This document shows positions 57,976 to 64,000 of a DNA stretch of 64,000 nucleotides, piece after piece. The DNA is from an uncultured Candidatus Saccharibacteria bacterium. Lineage in GTDB: Bacteria; Patescibacteriota; Minisyncoccia; Phycocordibacterales; DATDWN01. Numbering within the stretch: the first letter of the stretch is position 1; each line of letters begins with the position of its first letter. The notes beneath the pieces were generated by a model. It saw only the letters and a program-made list of their open reading frames with translations, ran no database searches and was not told the origin of the DNA. The stretch lies in assembly GCA_964616425.1 (NCBI GenBank), contig CAZTQY010000001.1:23008-87007 (forward strand), in the 5' to 3' direction. Both the position numbers and the translations under genes were made by a program.

Positions 57976-58862
57976 AGTTTTTCCCCTTTTAGTTTGTAAA
58001 ACAACTTATTGCCATAACGTAAGTCGATATACTCTATAGGCAAATCAGAATTTGTGCTAGTAGACATGGCAGGAGTTCTCAAAAGTGACTCAAGATTTTG
58101 AGAAATTTCATTAAGTGGTTTTTTCATATCAAATAAAATCTCTCCACCTCCAGATATAACCAATGAAAAGTCTCCTCCCTCACCAGCAACCAAATATATT
58201 GGGTGCAAAGACATTCGTCTAACGGATTCGATAAAACTATTTATTTCATCAAACTCTGTAGATGATGAAATATAGTAATTTCCTATCGGAGTGCTCGTGC
58301 CTATAGAACCATAATATTTAAAATATGCATTTCCAGAAAAGTATGGTGCCTCTGAAAAAATAGTACTGTTCTGGTCGATAAAATAACATTTTTGGTCATC
58401 TGAACCTTCACTCAACACTGGAGATGATGTAGAGACAGTCGCATGAATCAATAAAGATTCGCACCAAATAGCAAAAGGTTTTCTTTCTTCTATTGTGACA
58501 ATCATGGTCGTCAAACCATCTAAGTCTATGTTTATATTTTCAATTCTCTTGAAGTTTTGTTTCAAATAGTCCTTTAATTTATTTTTTGGATACCAAAAAC
58601 TACTATTTTTTGGGAAAAGCCAGAAATACGAACCGCTCATGTATTCAAAAGATTTTTCTCCCACATCTCCATTTGTCACAAGCACACCACCAGTCAAAAC
58701 AATTTTAGTTATTCGAACCTCCTTCCTGTGAGATGCATAAGAAAATAATCCGATTGCCAATATAATGAAAAAAAATATTGCAGAATATTTTAGTATTCTT
58801 TTTTTTCTTTTTCTCCTTAAATATTCTTCACGAGAAGGCAATGTTGAATTATTTATTGGCAT
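57972..58862 (-). CDS. FtsQ/DivIB-like cell division protein
   Basis: Basic N-terminus, TM, IEERKPFAIW and EYIDLRYGNKLFYK. Confidence 0.7.
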   Translation of the reverse strand: MPINNSTLPSREEYLRRKRKKRILKYSAIFFFIILAIGLFSYASHRKEVRITKIVLTGGVLVTNGDVGEKSFEYMSGSYFWLFPKNSSFWYPKNKLKDYLKQNFKRIENINIDLDGLTTMIVTIEERKPFAIWCESLLIHATVSTSSPVLSEGSDDQKCYFIDQNSTIFSEAPYFSGNAYFKYYGSIGTSTPIGNYYISSSTEFDEINSFIESVRRMSLHPIYLVAGEGGDFSLVISGGGEILFDMKKPLNEISQNLESLLRTPAMSTSTNSDLPIEYIDLRYGNKLFYKLKGEKL

Positions 58863-58880
58863 AGGTTTTTCAATTTTTGT

Positions 58881-59052
58881 TTTTTAGAGCACGCATAATC
58901 GCAGGCTTGCGATTTGCTCTCACTCAACGATCAAGAAAACTATTTTCCTCATTCCAGAGCCCTCTCGCAAACTCGGGCTCTGCCCTCAAACAGCACTCCA
59001 GGCTTCTTCTCATTCGTTGTCGTTATCTAATCACTTCCGCAGTCTCCAAAAC
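58881..59052. repeat. Repeat family A copy 2 (inverted relative to 8006-8195)
   Basis: Shares atcaagaaaac, tccagag..tctcgcaaactc and tcaaacag blocks with the reverse complement of copy 1. Confidence 0.7.
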
Positions 59053-59065
59053 CAAGAAAAAGTTC

Positions 59066-60349
59066 CTAGCGTTTAGAGATTACAGCTTGTCCGTTCATGT
59101 ATGGACGTAGAACTTCTGGAACACTGATTGAACCATCTGCATTCTGATAGTTCTCAACCAACATAATAAGTGGCCTACCAGAAAGTGCTGTGTTGTTTAG
59201 AGAGTGCACAAATTTCATCTTTCCATCTTCGTCTCTGTATCTGATATTAAGTCTGCGAGTCTGGAAATCATGAAAATATGATGCTGAACCAGTCTCTCTA
59301 TATGTAGCTTCTGACGGAAGCCAAACTTCTATATCGTATTTCTTTACCTGACCTAAGCCCAAATCCCCTCCACAGTTTGCAACTACATGGTAGTGAAGTC
59401 CTAGTGCTTCTGTTATTTCTTCACTGTTTCTTTGAATCTCTTCGTGATGCTTTACTGATTCTTCGTGAGAAGCCTCACACAATACTACTTGTTCATATTT
59501 GAAAAACTCGTGAACTCGTATTAAACCTTTTGTATCCTTTCCATGACTTCCAGCTTCTCGTCTAAAAGCAGGAGAAAAAGAAAGCATTTTGAGTGGCAAA
59601 TCTTTTTTTTCTAAAACTTCATCCATATAGTAACCCATAGTTGCAACCTCTGCAGTTCCTGCCAAATAATCACCATCCTGAGTTTTATACAAATCCTCCT
59701 CACCTTGTGGTAAATATCCAGTTCCCATGAACACTTCACGTTTTAGTAATGACGGAACAATCATAGAAGTCCAGTTGTTTCCATCCAAGTTCTTTTTATA
59801 AAAATAATCTTGCGTGAAATTCCACAGAGCGTTCATAAGGCGAACACCGTCACCCTTTAGAAAATATCCTCTAAAGCCAGCAACTTTTGTTCCTCGTTCT
59901 AGATCAAGCATACCTAAATTTGTCATGAGTTCGATATGATCCTTTGGAGCGAAATCAAATACTGGCTTTTCACCCCAAACCTTTACCTCTTTGTTATCCT
60001 TGTCATCAACTCCTTCTGGAACAGACATGTCTGGAATGTTCGGAACTGCGACCATCAACACTTGCCAATCATGCATCACAGTTTTTAGTTCTTCCTCTTC
60101 TTTTTGCAGAGACTCTTTGAGAGTTTTCATCTCAGCTATCATTGTTGCCTTTTCTGCCGGGTCAGTGATACTAACTATTTTCTGGCTTACCTCGTTTTGC
60201 TCTGCTCTTTTTTTATCAATAGATAAAATTAGTTCTTTTCGTCTATCATCAACTTTTATAAGTGCTTCCACATCGAAATCAATGTGTTTTTTTATTGCCC
60301 CCATTGCCACGAGATCCTTATTTTCTCGAATGAATTTGATATCTAACAT
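59066..60349 (-). CDS. serS: Serine--tRNA ligase
   Basis: MLDIKFIREN, GTAE, FRREAG, GLIRVHEF, SLNNTAL. Confidence 0.97.
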   Translation of the reverse strand: MLDIKFIRENKDLVAMGAIKKHIDFDVEALIKVDDRRKELILSIDKKRAEQNEVSQKIVSITDPAEKATMIAEMKTLKESLQKEEEELKTVMHDWQVLMVAVPNIPDMSVPEGVDDKDNKEVKVWGEKPVFDFAPKDHIELMTNLGMLDLERGTKVAGFRGYFLKGDGVRLMNALWNFTQDYFYKKNLDGNNWTSMIVPSLLKREVFMGTGYLPQGEEDLYKTQDGDYLAGTAEVATMGYYMDEVLEKKDLPLKMLSFSPAFRREAGSHGKDTKGLIRVHEFFKYEQVVLCEASHEESVKHHEEIQRNSEEITEALGLHYHVVANCGGDLGLGQVKKYDIEVWLPSEATYRETGSASYFHDFQTRRLNIRYRDEDGKMKFVHSLNNTALSGRPLIMLVENYQNADGSISVPEVLRPYMNGQAVISKR

Positions 60350-60430
60350 ATTTAGGATTGTAACAGAATTTTTTATATATGAGAATAGCCGGTCTCCCGG
60401 CTATTTTAATTACTTCACCTCCTTTTTTGG

Positions 60431-60676
60431 TCAGACTTTCTTGTACCGACCGACAAGCTCACGCTTGAGAGCGTACAAAACACCACCGTCTCCCACAGTT
60501 CGCATTGGCACAACAAACAATCTTGTTGTGTTATCGTCAGACGGGTTGAGTCTCACATCCCGCTTCATGGGGTTCTCGATGTTGACTGTAGTACCAGCAT
60601 AACAAACACCTGCCAATACAAGCTCCCTCAAACGATCATAATACACGGGGATGTTGTCAGTAAGTCTGACCAGCAT
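60431..60676 (-). CDS. Small hypothetical protein (GC-rich)
   Basis: AGGAGG SD before ATG; hairpin downstream (~60384-60405). Confidence 0.55.
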   Translation of the reverse strand: MLVRLTDNIPVYYDRLRELVLAGVCYAGTTVNIENPMKRDVRLNPSDDNTTRLFVVPMRTVGDGGVLYALKRELVGRYKKV

Positions 60677-60745
60677 GTACCCTCCTAATAATTAGGTTAC
60701 CTTTTTAAATATCAGTGTCAATTATTTTGCTATACTATATATGTT

Positions 60746-61600
60746 ATGGAAATCAGAGATCTTCCAAAGAAAGATTTTCCTCCACTATTAAATGAAATCA
60801 ACGACCCACCGAAATCTTTACGGATCGTGGGCACCTTACCTCGAACCGAAAAATACCTAGCCGTTGTTGGTTCAAGAAAATATAGTGAGTATGGAAAAGC
60901 TGTTTGCGAAAAATTGATTGAGGGTTTACGAGGTTATCCTATTACTATAGTGTCTGGACTGGCACTCGGTATGGATTCTATTGGCCACAGAGCAGCACTC
61001 AAAGCCGGACTCCATACGATAGCAATCCCAGGTTCAGGACTTGATGAAAAGGTTATATATCCATCAAGCCATTTAAATCTAGCAAAAGAAATAGTGGAAA
61101 AAGGTGGATGTCTACTTTCGGAATTCCCAGATGACTACCGACCTCATTTATATAGTTTTGGACAACGCAACAGAATAGTAGCTGGTATGTGTCACGCAAC
61201 ACTTATAATAGAAGCTGAACTTAAATCCGGAACACTTATCACTTCAAAATATGCAATTGAGTACAACCGAGATGTTTTTACTGTTCCCAACTCAATCTTT
61301 TCTAAAACTTCTGAAGGTCCGCATATGTTACTACGACTTGGAGCTACACCCATAACTCAATCAAACGATATTATCACAGCTCTAGGACTAACTCCTCATG
61401 AGAATCTTTTTGAAAGACGAGACTACAAAGATTGCTCAAGTGACGAACACGAAGTTATAAATCTGCTTTCTGAACCGATATCGCGAGATCAAATCATTCA
61501 AAGACTCGACAAACCTGTTTATGTAACACAAACAATTCTAGCAACCATGGAAATTAAAGGGATCATAGAAGAAGTAATGGGAGAAATACATTTGAAATAG
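60746..61600 (+). CDS. dprA: DNA-protecting protein DprA
   Basis: AVVGSR, IVSGLALGMD, RNRIVAG, SGTLIT. Confidence 0.96.
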   Translation: MEIRDLPKKDFPPLLNEINDPPKSLRIVGTLPRTEKYLAVVGSRKYSEYGKAVCEKLIEGLRGYPITIVSGLALGMDSIGHRAALKAGLHTIAIPGSGLDEKVIYPSSHLNLAKEIVEKGGCLLSEFPDDYRPHLYSFGQRNRIVAGMCHATLIIEAELKSGTLITSKYAIEYNRDVFTVPNSIFSKTSEGPHMLLRLGATPITQSNDIITALGLTPHENLFERRDYKDCSSDEHEVINLLSEPISRDQIIQRLDKPVYVTQTILATMEIKGIIEEVMGEIHLK

Positions 61601-61641
61601 TTTTTTATTTCACGTATAAATAATGTAGAACTGGAGGGTTC

Positions 61642-61908
61642 ATGATACTCGCACTTGAAAAAATGTCGGTGGATGTCCCGATTTCCGCCGGAGACAAGTT
61701 GCAGTGGAACAACGAAGGTAAGTTCATCACTGCACAGGCGCAAAGTGGGAAACCACTCTATTGGCAGGGCAACCAGTTGAAGAAGATGGCTAGCTGGTTG
61801 CGGAGCGATGAACAGTTCGACAGCTATGTGATGATTCTGGCAGAAATACTCAATCTCAAGGCTGTCCTCGTTGAAGGTGAACGTCACAGGACGTATAGAT
61901 TTGAGTGA
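61642..61908 (+). CDS. Small hypothetical protein (GC-rich)
   Basis: GGAGG SD; hairpin downstream (61925-61956). Confidence 0.55.
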   Translation: MILALEKMSVDVPISAGDKLQWNNEGKFITAQAQSGKPLYWQGNQLKKMASWLRSDEQFDSYVMILAEILNLKAVLVEGERHRTYRFE

Positions 61909-61975
61909 TGTTCTTTCGTCCACAAACGGCTCCACGTATTATGCGTCGGAGCCGTTAAACTTTATTCCATATCCG

Positions 61976-62092
61976 ACCTTTAATTTTGAGTAAAATCCGA
62001 GGAGGAATAGAAAAATAATTTGAGTCGTATACACAAGTACGGTGAAAATTATTTTTTGAATTCCGACAAAGGAGTTTGCCAAAATTAGAGGT
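61976..62092. repeat. Palindromic dispersed repeat, family B copy 2
   Basis: acctttaattttg...caaaattagaggt ends; shares tccgagg, aaaataatt, aattatttt and acaaagg blocks with 36667-36790. Confidence 0.65.
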
Positions 62093-62134
62093 TATATTGG
62101 ACAAAAATTATTTTTATAGTAATACTAGATAGCA

Positions 62135-64000
62135 ATGACAAAATTATTAATCGTTGAGTCTCCAGCAAAAGCAAAAACGATTTCAAAATATTTAGACGGA
62201 AAATACAAAGTAGTTGCTAGTGTTGGACACGTTAGAGATCTGCCCAAATCAAACAAAAAAGCCATCGACATCGAGGGTGGTTTTGTTCCCCACTACGAAA
62301 TCTCAAAGGGTAAAGAGAAAGTTATTGAAGAGATTGCTGCTCTTGCAAAAAAAGCTGACGAAATATTACTGGCAACTGACCCCGATCGAGAAGGTGAAGC
62401 TATTGCTTGGCATGTTGCACAAGCTACTGGAATTAAAAACCCAAAACGTGTTGTATTCCACGAAATTACAGAGGAAGCTGTAAAAGAAGCTATTCAACAC
62501 CCACGCAAAATAGATATGAATCTAAAAGAGGCTCAAGAAGCAAGACGGGTGCTAGACAGACTAGTGGGATATGACTTGTCAGGTCTAATATGGAAAAAAG
62601 TTAGATACGGATTGTCAGCGGGACGAGTGCAATCCCCAGCACTTCGTATAGTTATGGAACGTGAACGAGAAATCCGAGCTTTTAAATCACATACTTTCTG
62701 GATTATTTCCGCAGACGTCATAAGTAATTCAAATATACCTTTTACTGTTGTATGTGAAGAAGAGCCAACAGATAAAAAAGTTTTAGACAACATCGTAAAG
62801 ATAGCTGAAAAAGCTGGTAAAGAAAATAAATGGGAAGTTAAAGATGTAAAAGAAACTGAAGTAAAAAAATCTCCACGACCGCCTTTTATCACATCCACCC
62901 TACAACAGTCTGCTTCATCACGACTAGGCTTTGCTCCATCTCGAACTATGGGAATCGCTCAGAAACTTTACGAGGAAGGACATATTACTTACATGAGAAC
63001 GGACTCCACAAACCTTTCTAACCAGGCAATGGGAGATATTGAAAAAGTTGTAAATAAAAAATACGGAAAAGGAATATTTCAAGCACGAAAATACACAGCT
63101 AAAAGTAAAAACGCCCAAGAAGCACACGAAGCAATTCGTCCAACACATTTTGATGTTGAATCTGCTGGACACACAGATGAGCAAAAGAAACTTTACCAAC
63201 TGATTTGGAGACGTGCTCTATCTTCACAAATGATAGATGCTCAAACTCTAAGAACAAAAATAACTGCTCACGCAAAGGACGAAGATATACCTGTTTTTTC
63301 TATTACTGGTTCACAAATCAAATCTGCTGGATGGCTTGTTGCAGATCCAGAATCTAGAGGTGACGATGTTGAGCTACCAAAAGTTTCAGCAGGTGAAAAT
63401 TTAAAGTTAAACGAAATTAAAACTGAAGAAAAACAAACTGAACCACCTGGACGATATTCAGAAGCTGGATTAATTAAAGAACTAGAAAAAAGAGGCATTG
63501 GTAGACCTTCAACATATGCGTCTATTATAAAAACTTTGGAAGACCGCGGGTATGTTGAGAAAATCAACAAAGCTTTATTCCCTACTGATACTGGAGATGT
63601 AGTATCAAGTTTTCTAGAAGCAAACTTTCCAGACTATATTTCTGATGGATTTACTGCTGAAATGGAAGACAAACTAGACCTCATCGCAGAAGGAAAAGAA
63701 GAGTATGTAAAAACTCTAAAAACTTTCTATAAACCTTTTCTAGCTGAGGTCAAAAGCAAGGATAAAATGGATAAAGTCACAAACCTGGGTGATGCAGATC
63801 CAAAATTTAAATGCCCAGTTTGTGGAAGTCCGATGATCATAAAACTATCTCGATCCGGAAAATTCCTTTCATGCTCAAGATATCCTGACTGTGAAGGTGC
63901 ACTAACTATGGATGGCGTTGAGATAAAGAAGGATGCGCCTATTGGAAATGACCCAGAGACAGGACTACCTATATTTGTTTTATTCGGAAAATATGGACCA
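62135..64000 (+). CDS. topA: DNA topoisomerase I (3' end runs off the window)
   Basis: Manual translation: MTKLLIVESPAKAKTI, LATDPDREGEAI, SAGRVQS, ITYMRTDS, GIGRPSTY. Confidence 0.97.
   Translation, partial: MTKLLIVESPAKAKTISKYLDGKYKVVASVGHVRDLPKSNKKAIDIEGGFVPHYEISKGKEKVIEEIAALAKKADEILLATDPDREGEAIAWHVAQATGIKNPKRVVFHEITEEAVKEAIQHPRKIDMNLKEAQEARRVLDRLVGYDLSGLIWKKVRYGLSAGRVQSPALRIVMEREREIRAFKSHTFWIISADVISNSNIPFTVVCEEEPTDKKVLDNIVKIAEKAGKENKWEVKDVKETEVKKSPRPPFITSTLQQSASSRLGFAPSRTMGIAQKLYEEGHITYMRTDSTNLSNQAMGDIEKVVNKKYGKGIFQARKYTAKSKNAQEAHEAIRPTHFDVESAGHTDEQKKLYQLIWRRALSSQMIDAQTLRTKITAHAKDEDIPVFSITGSQIKSAGWLVADPESRGDDVELPKVSAGENLKLNEIKTEEKQTEPPGRYSEAGLIKELEKRGIGRPSTYASIIKTLEDRGYVEKINKALFPTDTGDVVSSFLEANFPDYISDGFTAEMEDKLDLIAEGKEEYVKTLKTFYKPFLAEVKSKDKMDKVTNLGDADPKFKCPVCGSPMIIKLSRSGKFLSCSRYPDCEGALTMDGVEIKKDAPIGNDPETGLPIFVLFGKYGP

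Noticed and set aside
59991-60602. 203-aa plus-strand ORF and similar short antisense ORFs across the window
   Set aside because: They overlap well-supported genes on the opposite strand and have no protein motifs

Overview
AT-rich bacterial chromosome segment in the standard genetic code. Gene content and compact, mostly SD-less gene starts suggest Patescibacteria/CPR, probably Parcubacteria (inference). It carries housekeeping genes (xseAB, DEAD helicase, msrA/B, gpmI, murI, dnaX, dus, folD, serS, dprA, topA, tRNA-Gln), three very large surface proteins and a flavinylation/extracellular redox cluster. The standout is a GC-rich locus at ~32950-35781 (minus strand) with the hallmarks of a TIGR-Tas RNA-guided system. 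A RuvC-like/Nop-domain (IS110-related) gene sits inside an array of 21 stem-loop dual-spacer guide units (18 upstream, 3 downstream), with a promoter at one end and a terminator at the other. The effector appears to have lost two RuvC catalytic acids and lacks the IS110 catalytic serine. One three-unit scaffold block is duplicated with all six spacers replaced. Other points: a c-di-GMP-II-like riboswitch ahead of a 1473-aa surface protein, a 39-bp palindrome inserted in frame in two housekeeping proteins, two dispersed palindromic repeat families, two candidate structured ncRNAs upstream of dnaX, a nonsense codon in apbE and an unannotated Cys/His-rich microprotein. All calls were made by eye; no database searches were run.
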